64,000 bases of DNA from Oceanispirochaeta sp. (GCA_963666275.2 CAXXOA010000001.1:2112001-2176000), one strand, 5' to 3'; positions 10,027 to 19,585 are shown, counted from the first letter of the stretch. Numbers and translations: made by a program. Notes: a model not told the origin generated them from the letters alone.

Positions 10027-10634
10027 TTGGCTTCTCCTCTTTTAAGCATAATGGATTTTGTGACCCAAAGGAATGTTCCCAGCAGAAAGAATGCACTGGG
10101 AGCCATCACCATAATGGTCCATTTGACAAAACTGTCGGGCATGATCTGAATTCCGAAGAGGGTTCCGAATCCCAGAAGTTCCCTGAAAAAAGCGATAATC
10201 ATCAGAACCCACATATATCCCAGACCGGAGGTCACTCCGTCCCAGAAGGACAGGATAGGGCCATTGGACTGGGCAAAAGCTTCGGCTCTTCCCATAATGA
10301 TGCAGTTGGTAATGATGAGTCCCACATAGGGGCCCAGGGCTTTGCTGATATCGGGCAGATAGGCTCTGAGCAGGATATCAACAATAATAACATAGAAGGC
10401 AATGATCAGAGTCTGAACAATCATCCTCACCTTCCGGGGAATTAGACTTTTAATAATGGAAACCGTAATATTTGTGAATGCCGAAACAAAGACAAGACCC
10501 ACAGTCATTATAAAGGTATTCGTCAGATTATTAGTGACAGCCAGGGTGGAACAGATACCCAGGATCTGAACAAAAATCGGATTGTTGGTCCAGACATTCT
10601 CTTTTAGTATTGCGGAGGGGCTTTTTTCATTCAT
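10023..10634 (-). CDS. nqrD: NqrD/RnfE family membrane subunit
   Basis: NNPIFVQILGICSTLAVT, GLIITNCIIMGRAEAFA, APSAF. Confidence 0.9.
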   Translation of the reverse strand: MNEKSPSAILKENVWTNNPIFVQILGICSTLAVTNNLTNTFIMTVGLVFVSAFTNITVSIIKSLIPRKVRMIVQTLIIAFYVIIVDILLRAYLPDISKALGPYVGLIITNCIIMGRAEAFAQSNGPILSFWDGVTSGLGYMWVLMIIAFFRELLGFGTLFGIQIMPDSFVKWTIMVMAPSAFFLLGTFLWVTKSIMLKRGEAK

Positions 10635-11239
10635 CAGTTATTTCCTCCTTCTCTGAATGTATTCAGCTGGGTGTTGACAATATTCTGAACAGAGGCACTG
10701 GTCAGAGAGGCTCCTGTGATGCCGTCAACGGTGGAGTTGTCCGGATCCGTATCGCCGGAGGAACCGCTGCCTTTACGCACCGTGATGCCCTGGGGAGAGA
10801 TTTTTTCCTCGCGGAACTGCTTTTTAAACCAGTCTTCGTCAATTCGTCCTCCCAGACCGGGAGTTTCATTGTGAGAGATAATCTCAAGTCCAATAATTCT
10901 GTCAAGATTTTCATCCACAGCCAGGATACCTGTAATTGTTCCCCAGAGACCCGAGCCGCTGTAGTAGTTCACAAGCAGCGCCTGCCCGTCCAGAGAGACT
11001 TCCATGATATCACCCGGTTCGGGGATGGAATCGAAAAGCTCATCGTAGGATCCGGCAATCGCCGCGGGATCTTCCGGAAGTTGATCCAGGGCGGAAAGAA
11101 CAGCCTTCTGTACAGCCAGTTTCTGGTTGATCTCCACCTGTTCCTCTGTAGCACCCGATGCCAGAGACAGGAAGAAAACAAAGAAAAATGCCGTGATAAA
11201 GGTAAATATTACTGTGTATACAATTCCGTTCTTATTCAC
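10634..11239 (-). CDS. nqrC: NqrC/RnfG family FMN-binding subunit
   Basis: N-terminal TM, GLWG, HNETPGLG, FMN motif DGITGAS. Confidence 0.88.
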   Translation of the reverse strand: MNKNGIVYTVIFTFITAFFFVFFLSLASGATEEQVEINQKLAVQKAVLSALDQLPEDPAAIAGSYDELFDSIPEPGDIMEVSLDGQALLVNYYSGSGLWGTITGILAVDENLDRIIGLEIISHNETPGLGGRIDEDWFKKQFREEKISPQGITVRKGSGSSGDTDPDNSTVDGITGASLTSASVQNIVNTQLNTFREGGNN

Positions 11240-12138
11240 TTGTCACCTCCTTTCTGTTTAGGAGTAAACCACTCGTCAAAGAGTGAGGCAAAGGTATTCC
11301 CCATAAGAATACCGAAACTTGTTCCTTCGGGAAAAAGGGAGAAGATCCTGACAAGGCAGGTTACAGAACCGATCAGAATTCCATAAAGGAACTGGGCCTG
11401 ATTTTTTTTGGGACCTGTCACAGGGTCAGTAGCCATAAAAACTATGACAAAGAGGATACTTCCCGAAAGGAGAGATTCCAGAGGGGGAAAGGAAGAGGGA
11501 ATCCCCGCAAAAAACAGAACAGAAGAAAGCAGGACAAAGCTGACAAGGCTGGAAAGGATAATCCTCCAGCTTGCCGTTTTTGTATAGATCAGATAGATCG
11601 CTGCCAGAACAATGAGAATAACAGCGCTCTCCCCCAGTGATCCGGGACGGATTCCTGTAAGCAGAGTTTTCAGTTCAGGAATACTACCGCTGCGCATGAC
11701 TCCCAGAGGGGTAGCCGTCGTCACAGCATCCACAGCCTTCGTCCCGAAGGCACCCGGCGTTTTCCATGCGGTAGTCATGGAACCGGGAAAGGTTATGTAG
11801 ACAAATAACCTTCCTGTTATTGCGGGATTGAAAATATTTCTTCCGAATCCGCCGAATATATTTTTTCCGAAAAGAACACCGAAAATAATACCGATTGCCG
11901 CAATCCAGAGAGGGACCATGGGGGGCATGGACAAAGCATACAGAAGACAGGTAACAAGTACAGCTTCCGAGACTTTTTTTCCTCTGGATTTCATAAATAG
12001 ATACTCTGTCAATATACCTGCTGCAAAAACAACGAGATGTATCAACAGGGAGCGAAGCCCGTATAGATAAATTGAAAAGATCATAATCGGAATGAGGGAG
12101 TATACCACTCTCCGCATCATGATTTGTTTCTGAAACAC
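11236..12138 (-). CDS. nqrB: NqrB/RnfD family membrane subunit (short, RnfD-like)
   Basis: GTG start with GGAGG; FGGFGRNIFNPA, DAVTTATPL, GSLGES, FMATDPVT. Confidence 0.85.
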   Translation of the reverse strand: MFQKQIMMRRVVYSLIPIMIFSIYLYGLRSLLIHLVVFAAGILTEYLFMKSRGKKVSEAVLVTCLLYALSMPPMVPLWIAAIGIIFGVLFGKNIFGGFGRNIFNPAITGRLFVYITFPGSMTTAWKTPGAFGTKAVDAVTTATPLGVMRSGSIPELKTLLTGIRPGSLGESAVILIVLAAIYLIYTKTASWRIILSSLVSFVLLSSVLFFAGIPSSFPPLESLLSGSILFVIVFMATDPVTGPKKNQAQFLYGILIGSVTCLVRIFSLFPEGTSFGILMGNTFASLFDEWFTPKQKGGDK

Positions 12139-12221
12139 TCTAAAACCTCCCTATTGAGTTTTATATTCTATATGATAAATTGATATTACATAGAAAATCA
12201 AAAAGTTTTCAATCAATTTTT

Positions 12222-12252
12222 ATCAATTATTACTGGATTTGTAATAATTGAT
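12222..12252. promoter_or_regulatory. Perfect palindromic putative operator in the divergent nqrB/rseC promoter region
   Basis: atcaattattac-N7-gtaataattgat (12-bp perfect arms); TATAAT at 12263-12268. Confidence 0.55.
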
Positions 12253-12289
12253 TGATTTATAGTATAATCAGAATTAAGGAGATACTGAC

Positions 12290-12694
12290 ATGACAGTTGA
12301 TGCAATGGTCCTTGAAATACAGAAAACAAAAACAATTTACGGTCTTCTTGATCAGAACGGTAAATGCGGTTCCGGATCCTGCGAGGGATGCAAGTGTTCC
12401 ACAGGGATAAAAAAGATATCTCTTCCTGTTGACAGCCTGTCAGAACCGAAGATCGGGGAACTGGTTGAAATCCACAACTCCGGAGCAGGCCTGCTCCATT
12501 TTGCCCTTATAATCCTTCTTCCTCTTCTGGTTCTGGTAATAACCCAGTTCATCCCCGCTTTAATGAACCTGAGTATCAGGACAGATACATTGAACCTTAT
12601 CTCCCTTTTGAGCGGTGCTCTGACTTTTGCCATCACATCTTTGCTTGTCAGAGCTCTGAGGAAAAAGGATGCCGTCCAGGTTGTAAGAAAATAA
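12290..12694 (+). CDS. rseC: RseC/MucC family (SoxR-reducing system) protein
   Basis: CxxGSCEGCKC Cys cluster, KIGELVEI, two C-terminal TM helices; adjacent to Rnf/Nqr genes. Confidence 0.7.
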   Translation: MTVDAMVLEIQKTKTIYGLLDQNGKCGSGSCEGCKCSTGIKKISLPVDSLSEPKIGELVEIHNSGAGLLHFALIILLPLLVLVITQFIPALMNLSIRTDTLNLISLLSGALTFAITSLLVRALRKKDAVQVVRK

Positions 12695-12720
12695 CCTGAC
12701 AGGACAGTTCCCGGAAAGAA

Positions 12721-14052
12721 TCAGTCAATCCGGCAGCTGTTGGCGTAGCGGTTCAGATCGACCCATTTGGCATCCATCCGGGATACGGGGATCTTGCCCT
12801 TTTTATAGAGAGCGGGGCTTCCCGTATCGAGAAACGGTTCAATTTTCCTCCAGGACAGCTCTGTTTCCTCGGCACTGACAAAGAGTGTCTGATCCCCTTT
12901 GAGAGCGTCCTGCAGAAGCTTCTGATAGGCTTCAGGCACTTTTCTGTCGAAGGATGAGGAGTAACAGAAATCCATATCGGTAGTGGCAATTTCCATATCA
13001 CTTCCCGGCACCTTGGTGGAGTGGTCGATGATAATCCCTGAAAAGGGCTGAATATGGATTATGATACGGTTATTGTCCAGATTCCCGTCTGTATTGAAAA
13101 GCAGACGGGGGAGCTTCTTGAAAGAAATGGCTACGCTTGTAACCTTTTCACCAACAGCCTTGCCTGTCCGGATATAGATGGGAATTCCGTTCCAGCGGAA
13201 ATTGTTGATAGTCATTTTCAGTTCCGCATAGGTTTCGGTCTGAGAATCCTTATCGATCCCCTTCTCGTCCCTGTATCCCTCATACTGCTGAATATGGCAG
13301 TCATGAATCTGAAGAGCCTTGAGAACATTCAGCTTCTGAAAACGGATATCCTCTGGATCCAGTGAAACGGGAGCCTCCATTGTGATCAGAGCCAGAAGCT
13401 GAAGGAGATGATTCTGAATCATATCCCTGATAATACCGGACTTGTCAAAATAGGCCCCCCGGTCTCCCACCCCGATCTCTTCAAAAGCGGTGATCTGTAT
13501 GGACTCGATGTACCCGTTATTCCACACAGGGTAGAATATGTTATTGGCAAAACGGAATACAAGGATATTCTGAACTGCCTCTTTGGCAAGATAATGGTCA
13601 ATCCTGTAAATCTGTTTTTCCGAATAGAACTCTTTCAGATGAGCATTCAGTTCCCGGGCGGTTTTATAATCGCTCCCGAAAGGCTTTTCAATAATGATTC
13701 TTACATTGTCACGGAACCCCTCCTTATAGAGGGTTTCCGCAGTACTTCCGTAAACCCTGGGGGGAAGGGCCATAAAGACAATGATCTGGTCAAAATGCCC
13801 CAGAGAGTTAACGTAATCATATAGACCGTCCATTCCCCGGTAATAGGTGACATTTTCCGAGAATTCGGGTTCAAGTTCTATATGATCCTGAAATTCCTTA
13901 TGAGAGAACTCGGTCCTTCCGGAACCGATAACAGCACAATCTCCCGCTATGGTTCCATTCTTCAGGAGTTCAATCAGAGCCGGTATGAGTTTTCTTTTGG
14001 CCAGATCGCCGGAAGCTCCCAGAATTACAATAGCTGATCGATTCAGAGCCAT
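12721..14052 (-). CDS. zwf: Glucose-6-phosphate 1-dehydrogenase
   Basis: GASGDLAKRK, EKPFG, RIDHYLAKE, RDMIQNHLLQ. Confidence 0.97.
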   Translation of the reverse strand: MALNRSAIVILGASGDLAKRKLIPALIELLKNGTIAGDCAVIGSGRTEFSHKEFQDHIELEPEFSENVTYYRGMDGLYDYVNSLGHFDQIIVFMALPPRVYGSTAETLYKEGFRDNVRIIIEKPFGSDYKTARELNAHLKEFYSEKQIYRIDHYLAKEAVQNILVFRFANNIFYPVWNNGYIESIQITAFEEIGVGDRGAYFDKSGIIRDMIQNHLLQLLALITMEAPVSLDPEDIRFQKLNVLKALQIHDCHIQQYEGYRDEKGIDKDSQTETYAELKMTINNFRWNGIPIYIRTGKAVGEKVTSVAISFKKLPRLLFNTDGNLDNNRIIIHIQPFSGIIIDHSTKVPGSDMEIATTDMDFCYSSSFDRKVPEAYQKLLQDALKGDQTLFVSAEETELSWRKIEPFLDTGSPALYKKGKIPVSRMDAKWVDLNRYANSCRID

Positions 14053-14073
14053 ATGTTCCCCCTCAGTCTCAGT

Positions 14074-15780
14074 TTAATTCTTTTTCTGAATTTTTGCCCA
14101 GGAATCCTTCAGAGCAACAGTTCTGTTGAACACAGGATGCTCAGGGCTGTGATCTTTCAGATCCGCAGAAAAATACCCCTGTCGGAGAAACTGAAAACTC
14201 TTTCCCGGAGCGGCATCCACAAGAGAAGGTTCTACGATGCAGGAGGTATTGATGACAAGGGATTCGGGGTTGAGATAGTCCTTGTAATCCTTTCCTTCTT
14301 CCATTTCGTCCATATTTTCCAGAGTAAAAAGGTTGTCATACAGACGGACTTCGGCTTTTTTTCCTTTTTCAGCCGAAACCCAGTGGAGGGTTCCCTTCAC
14401 TTTACGGCCGTCGGGAGAGTCTCCCCCCCTGGTGGCGGGATCATAGCTGCAGTTCAGCTGGATAACATTCCCTTTCTCATCTTTCACCACCTCATCACAG
14501 GTAATGAAATAGGCATGCTTCAGACGCACTTCCTTGCCAGGCGCCAGGCGGAAGAACTTTTTGGGCGGTTCTTCCATAAAGTCATCCTGTTCAATATAGA
14601 TCTCCCGTCCGAAGGGGATTTCACGGGAACCCGCATCGGGATCACCGGGATTATTCTCCCCTTCCATCATTTCTATCTGTCCCTCGGGATAGTTGGAGAT
14701 GACTACTTTCAGAGGATTGAGAACCGCCATGGCCCTGTCTGCGGTCTCATTAAGCTCTTCTCTTATGATAAACTGAAGGAAATTGATATCCACAAGGCTG
14801 TTGACCTTGGCCACACCGATCTCCCTGGCAAAACGCCTGATTGAAGAGGGGGTGTACCCTCTTCGGCGGAATCCGGAAATCGTGGGCATCCGGGGATCAT
14901 CCCAGCCATTCACATATTTTTCTGTTACCAGTTCGAGCAGTCGTCTTTTGCTCATGACCGTATAGGTCAGATTCAGACGGGCGAACTCCACCTGACGGGG
15001 ATGGCAGGGGGCACTGACATTCTCCAGGAACCAGTTGTAGAGAGGCCTGTGGTTTTCAAACTCGAGGGTACAGATCGAGTGGGTAATCCCCTCGATGGCG
15101 TCTTCATACCCATGGGCGAAATCGTACATGGGATAGATGCACCACTTGTCTCCTGTCCGGTGGTGACTGGCCTTTCTGATCCTGTACATGGCGGGATCCC
15201 GCATATTCATATTCTGATGAGCCATATCGATCTTGGCCCGGAGGATACACTCCCCTTCTTCGAACTCTCCGTTTTTCATCTTTTCAAAGAGTTCCAGATT
15301 TTCTTCTACAGTCCTGTTCCGGAAGGGGGAATCCGTACCGGTAACAGTGGGCGTTCCCCGGGTTTCCCGGATCTGCTGGGCATTCTGACTGTCCACATAG
15401 GCTTTTCCGTTTTTAATAAGCTCAATAGCCCATGCATAGAACTGATCAAAGTAATCAGAGGCAAAATAGATTTTTTCATCCTGATTGAATCCCAGCCAGC
15501 GGACATCCTCTACAATGGAATCCACATATTCCTGTTCCTCTTTGGAAGGATTCGTATCATCAAAACGGAGTTTACATGTGCCTTCATAATCTTCGGCAAT
15601 GCCGAAATTGAGACAGATGGACTTGGCGTGGCCGATATGGAGATAACCGTTCGGTTCGGGTGGGAATCTGGTTTGAACACATTGGGGAACTTTTCCGGCT
15701 TTGATATCTTCATTGATTATCTGACGGATAAAATCGACTCCCTTCTTCGTTTCATTTTCTGGGTTACTGTTCACACTCAT
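14074..15780 (-). CDS. glnS: Glutaminyl-tRNA synthetase
   Basis: [39 protein letters not shown]. Confidence 0.98.
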   Translation of the reverse strand: MSVNSNPENETKKGVDFIRQIINEDIKAGKVPQCVQTRFPPEPNGYLHIGHAKSICLNFGIAEDYEGTCKLRFDDTNPSKEEQEYVDSIVEDVRWLGFNQDEKIYFASDYFDQFYAWAIELIKNGKAYVDSQNAQQIRETRGTPTVTGTDSPFRNRTVEENLELFEKMKNGEFEEGECILRAKIDMAHQNMNMRDPAMYRIRKASHHRTGDKWCIYPMYDFAHGYEDAIEGITHSICTLEFENHRPLYNWFLENVSAPCHPRQVEFARLNLTYTVMSKRRLLELVTEKYVNGWDDPRMPTISGFRRRGYTPSSIRRFAREIGVAKVNSLVDINFLQFIIREELNETADRAMAVLNPLKVVISNYPEGQIEMMEGENNPGDPDAGSREIPFGREIYIEQDDFMEEPPKKFFRLAPGKEVRLKHAYFITCDEVVKDEKGNVIQLNCSYDPATRGGDSPDGRKVKGTLHWVSAEKGKKAEVRLYDNLFTLENMDEMEEGKDYKDYLNPESLVINTSCIVEPSLVDAAPGKSFQFLRQGYFSADLKDHSPEHPVFNRTVALKDSWAKIQKKN

Positions 15781-15846
15781 TTTCCTCACCTCTTAAGAGT
15801 TTCTATAAATCGGCATCATATCACAAAGGACTTTTTGGTTGAAGTA

Positions 15847-16116
15847 CTATAGGAAATTCTCCCGGGGCCGGCCCTTCTTTTCTTTGACCACTCCAACCCT
15901 GTTCAGAATCACATCCATCCAGTTATCCGCCTCTCCCCTGGTCGGAAAGGTCCTGGAATAGATCTTTCTATTGGATTTATCCGCCAGGCTTCTGTCACGC
16001 TCCTCCACCTGGGAAGAAGAAAATACCCAGACGCCTTTGTTATGAAAGCTTTTATAGGTAACAGAAAAAACATTATCCATATTCACATAGACACCATCAT
16101 CAACTTCGATAAACAT
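15847..16116 (-). CDS. Small hypothetical protein
   Basis: GAGGAG RBS before ATG 16116 (MFIEVDDGVYVNMDNV...), co-directional with glnS. Confidence 0.75.
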   Translation of the reverse strand: MFIEVDDGVYVNMDNVFSVTYKSFHNKGVWVFSSSQVEERDRSLADKSNRKIYSRTFPTRGEADNWMDVILNRVGVVKEKKGRPRENFL

Positions 16117-16132
16117 TTGAAAACTCCTCAAT

Positions 16133-16237
16133 AGGTCGTTCCACAGGGCGGGAACTCCGCTTAGAGCACCGCCGGAAGGGCTTCGATTCTATCTGCCCGA
16201 TGCCGGAGAGTTCCTCCTCATGCTTGAACCACCGCCT
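16133..16237. ncRNA. Candidate structured RNA / leader of unknown family
   Basis: GC-rich island in AT-rich intergenic DNA with nested pairings ggaactc/gagttcc, ccgg/ccgg, gggc/gccc, gttc/gaac. Confidence 0.4.
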
Positions 16238-16339
16238 GATTATAAGGTTATATTATCCTATATAATCCCGGTTTGAGCCGGGAATAAACCAACAGGGACA
16301 AAACCTATTTTTTAATAGTCGGATGAAAGGACACACAAA

Positions 16340-17296
16340 ATGAATATTGTCTTACTGGATGCGGGGACACTGGGCAGTGACCTGGATCTTAATATTTTTT
16401 CCGAAGCCGGAAAATGCACGATATGGGAACATACAAAACCGGACCAGGTGGAACAGAGGACCCGGGAAGCCAATATCATAATAACCAACAGAGTACTTCT
16501 GGGAGAGAAGGAACTCAGCAGGATGCCGGATCTCAAACTGATCTGCCTCACTGCGACAGGTTTTAATACCATTGATACGGACTACTGCCGGAAACACGGG
16601 ATCGGCGTTGCCAATGTGGCAGGATATTCCACAGAAAGCGTGGCACAGCATACTTTTGCCATGCTTTTCTATCTGGCCGAGCATTCCCGGTATTATGATG
16701 ACTATATCCGTCAGGGACGATACAGAGATGACAATCACTTTGCGGATGTTTCAAAACCCTGGCATGAGATCTGCGGTAAAACCTGGGGGATTCTGGGGCT
16801 CGGAGCGATCGGAAGACGGGTAGCCCGTATAGCGGAAGCCTTCGGAGCCAGAGTCGTCTACTCCAGCATATCCGGAGTACAGAGGGAGGAACCCTGGCCG
16901 GAGCTCCCTCTGGAGGATCTACTGAAGGAATCGGATATTGTATCGATCCATGCCCCCCTGACTGAAAGGACTGAAAACCTGCTGAGCCATAAGGAGTTTG
17001 AACTCATGAAGAGGGAAGCCATCCTTCTGAACCTGGGCCGGGGGGCAATTATCAACGAGGAAGCTCTTGTGAGGGCCCTGGAGCAGGAGAAGATCCTCTG
17101 TGCCGGGCTGGATGTACTCAAGGACGAACCTCCCCGGGAGGACTCTCCCCTGCCGGCACTGGTGGACCGGGGAAAGCTCTACATTACCCCCCACAATGCC
17201 TGGGGAAGCGTGGAGTCGCGGAACAGGCTGATCCGGGAGGTTCTTGAGAATATAAGAGCCTTTCAAAATGGGACGGAACGGAATAGAATTGTCTGA
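16340..17296 (+). CDS. D-2-hydroxyacid dehydrogenase (glycerate dehydrogenase-like)
   Basis: ATGFN, GLGAIG, HAPLT, NLGRG, LDV, TPHNAW. Confidence 0.93.
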   Translation: MNIVLLDAGTLGSDLDLNIFSEAGKCTIWEHTKPDQVEQRTREANIIITNRVLLGEKELSRMPDLKLICLTATGFNTIDTDYCRKHGIGVANVAGYSTESVAQHTFAMLFYLAEHSRYYDDYIRQGRYRDDNHFADVSKPWHEICGKTWGILGLGAIGRRVARIAEAFGARVVYSSISGVQREEPWPELPLEDLLKESDIVSIHAPLTERTENLLSHKEFELMKREAILLNLGRGAIINEEALVRALEQEKILCAGLDVLKDEPPREDSPLPALVDRGKLYITPHNAWGSVESRNRLIREVLENIRAFQNGTERNRIV

Positions 17297-17363
17297 TCCG
17301 GCAGGAGCCCCTGTTTGACCTGAATCCGTGAGAGTTCAGGATTTTCTCACCAGGAGAGTGCAA

Positions 17364-18749
17364 ATGAAAAAAATAGTAGTGAAATTCGGCGGATCCAATC
17401 TCAAAACCAAAGAGGATATAAGTAAGATTGTCGCAACAGTCAAAAATTACAACCGCCCTCTGGTCATCGTGGTTTCCGCTTTTTACGGCATAACCAACTA
17501 TCTGACCGAAGGGATCTGGACAGTCAGGAATGATGACAGGCATATCCATAAGATGATCAGTTATCTGAAAACCATGAAGAGAGATACAATTGAACAGAAT
17601 ATCGAAGATGAAGAGGTCAAAGAGAATGCCTACACTCTGATCGGTCAGAGGCTGGATCAGCTGGAAAGGTACCTTCTGGGAATCCACTATATCGGGGATA
17701 TCCCCAATTTTATCCAGGATATGATACTGAGCTACGGCGAAAAGCTCAGTTCACTGCTGCTCTCTCTGATCCTCCAGTATAACGGGATCGATGCCCTGGA
17801 GTGCCTGCCCGAGGACATGGGTCTCTATACGGATGGAGAGTTCCGGAATGCCACCATCGACTTTGCCCGTTCCAGCGAACCCGTCAGCAAAGCGCTGTCT
17901 CAGGATAAAGTCTATGTGGTTCCCGGATTCTACGGTATATCCGATGAAGGAAGGGTAACCCTCCTGGGCCGGGGCGGCAGCGATTACTCGGCTGCGGGAA
18001 TCGCCCGCTGCATCAATGCGGAATCACTTGATATCTGGAAAGATGTGGACGGCTATATGTCGGGAGATCCCAAAATGGTCAGAAATCCTGTAAAAGTGAA
18101 ATCCCTGAATTATACAGAAGCCGCGGAACTCTCCTACTTCGGAGCCAAAATCCTGCATCCCAGAACGGTGGAGCCTCTGGAGGAGCCGGGAATCCCGATC
18201 CGGATCTTCAATATTGACACTCCGGACAGTTCACTGATCCCTCTCTCCCTGATCACCTCGGAAACTGAGTTATTGAGGAATCCCGCCAAAAGCATAACCT
18301 GCAGCGACGACTTCTCCATTCTGAGGATCAGCGGCGCCGGGGTGGGCATAAAGCCGGGGATTCTTGCGAAAGTCACTTCCGTACTTGACAGAAAGTCCAT
18401 TAATATCAAATCCGTAGTAACGGCCCAGACCTCCATCAATATCTATCTGGAATCAGCGGACCTGCATCGGGCGGCCCTTCTCATCCGGGAGCTGGGGATG
18501 AAAACCGTAACAAAACTTACAGAGATCGATGACATGGCCATTGTCGCGGTGGTGGGCTCGGGAATCGTACACGAACCGGGAGTCGCCGACAGGATTCTCA
18601 AAGCCCTGGCGGAAGAATCCATACAGACCCAGATCGTATCCATAGGAGCTTCGGACGTGGCGTCCTATGTGGTTGTCAGGCAGGCGGAAAAGTCCCGGGC
18701 AGTCCAGGCAGTACACAGGGCTTTTTTTGAGGAAAGGGAGGACATATGA
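17364..18749 (+). CDS. Aspartate kinase (monofunctional, ACT domains)
   Basis: KFGGS, VVSA, SYGE, LGRGGSDYSA, DVDG, FGAKILHP, C-terminal ACT repeats. Confidence 0.95.
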   Translation: MKKIVVKFGGSNLKTKEDISKIVATVKNYNRPLVIVVSAFYGITNYLTEGIWTVRNDDRHIHKMISYLKTMKRDTIEQNIEDEEVKENAYTLIGQRLDQLERYLLGIHYIGDIPNFIQDMILSYGEKLSSLLLSLILQYNGIDALECLPEDMGLYTDGEFRNATIDFARSSEPVSKALSQDKVYVVPGFYGISDEGRVTLLGRGGSDYSAAGIARCINAESLDIWKDVDGYMSGDPKMVRNPVKVKSLNYTEAAELSYFGAKILHPRTVEPLEEPGIPIRIFNIDTPDSSLIPLSLITSETELLRNPAKSITCSDDFSILRISGAGVGIKPGILAKVTSVLDRKSINIKSVVTAQTSINIYLESADLHRAALLIRELGMKTVTKLTEIDDMAIVAVVGSGIVHEPGVADRILKALAEESIQTQIVSIGASDVASYVVVRQAEKSRAVQAVHRAFFEEREDI

Positions 18750-19477
18750 AGTATAAGCTGGAAACGATCCCCATCTGGGATGCTCTGAAAGAACAGAGTG
18801 AATGCCCCTTCTGTCTGCTCACAGACAAAGCCCATGAGCGGTATATCCAATACTACCTGGGTAATTCCGCCATGAATCCTGAAACCCGTGTTGAGGTGAA
18901 TAAAACAGGATTCTGTCCGGATCATTTCAGCCGCATGCTCCTGGCCAGAAGCCCCCAGCACCTGGGCCTGATGGCCCATACCCACCTCCAGACCCGCATG
19001 GAAGAACTGGAAAAGGAATTTCCCGGACCGGAGAAAAGCCTGATGGGGCGTCTTCTAAAAAAAGAGTCGTCACCGGTTCAGGTCTTCTCGGAGTCTATGC
19101 GAAAGAAAACCGATGACTGCCTTATCTGCGACAGGGTGGCCAGCACATTGAAACGCTACACGTTCACTGCGGTCTACCTTTGGAAAAACAGGGAGGAAGG
19201 CTTCCGGGAGGAGCTGGAAGCCTCAAAAGGGTTCTGTCTGCCTCATATGACAGCAGTTCTGGAGATGGCGGAGGAAATTCTCCCCCCTGCTGAGGGAGCT
19301 GAATTTTCTGATTTTGTGAAAAAGATACAGATGAGAAATCTGAAAAGACTGGAAGAGGAGATTCTCTGGTTTACCCAGAAATTCAAGGCGGAAAACTTTG
19401 ATAACCCCTGGGGAGACTCAGAAGACGCTCATTACAGGCTGGTTCAGAAGCTGACCGGGAAAATAACGCCTCACTGA
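18746..19477 (+). CDS. DUF6062-like protein with duplicated CxxC / FCxxH motifs
   Basis: CPFC...GFCPDH and CLIC...GFCLPH; ATGA overlap with aspartate kinase. Confidence 0.75.
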   Translation: MKYKLETIPIWDALKEQSECPFCLLTDKAHERYIQYYLGNSAMNPETRVEVNKTGFCPDHFSRMLLARSPQHLGLMAHTHLQTRMEELEKEFPGPEKSLMGRLLKKESSPVQVFSESMRKKTDDCLICDRVASTLKRYTFTAVYLWKNREEGFREELEASKGFCLPHMTAVLEMAEEILPPAEGAEFSDFVKKIQMRNLKRLEEEILWFTQKFKAENFDNPWGDSEDAHYRLVQKLTGKITPH

Positions 19478-19585
19478 CCCTTCGGCACTTCGGCTACGCT
19501 CAGTGGAGCCCTCCGCTCAGGGACCACCCTTCGGCACTTCGGCTACGCTCAGTGGAGCCCTCAACTCAGGGACCACCCTTCGGCA
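19477..19585. repeat. 49-bp tandem REP-like repeat (2 full copies plus a partial third)
   Basis: acccttcggcacttcggctacgctcagtggagccctc(cg/aa)ctcagggacc at 19477 and 19526; partial copy at 19575. Confidence 0.9.

Noticed and set aside
16165..16190. SRP RNA (CC-GGAA-GG loop)
   Set aside because: The conserved CAGG/AGCA internal loop of helix 8 is absent
16133..16245. 6S RNA (cttgaacc motif) or T-box leader for glnS
   Set aside because: Too short for 6S with no clear central bubble; no T-box consensus or terminator
19477..19585. CRISPR array
   Set aside because: Units are contiguous near-identical 49-mers without unique spacers, and there are no cas genes
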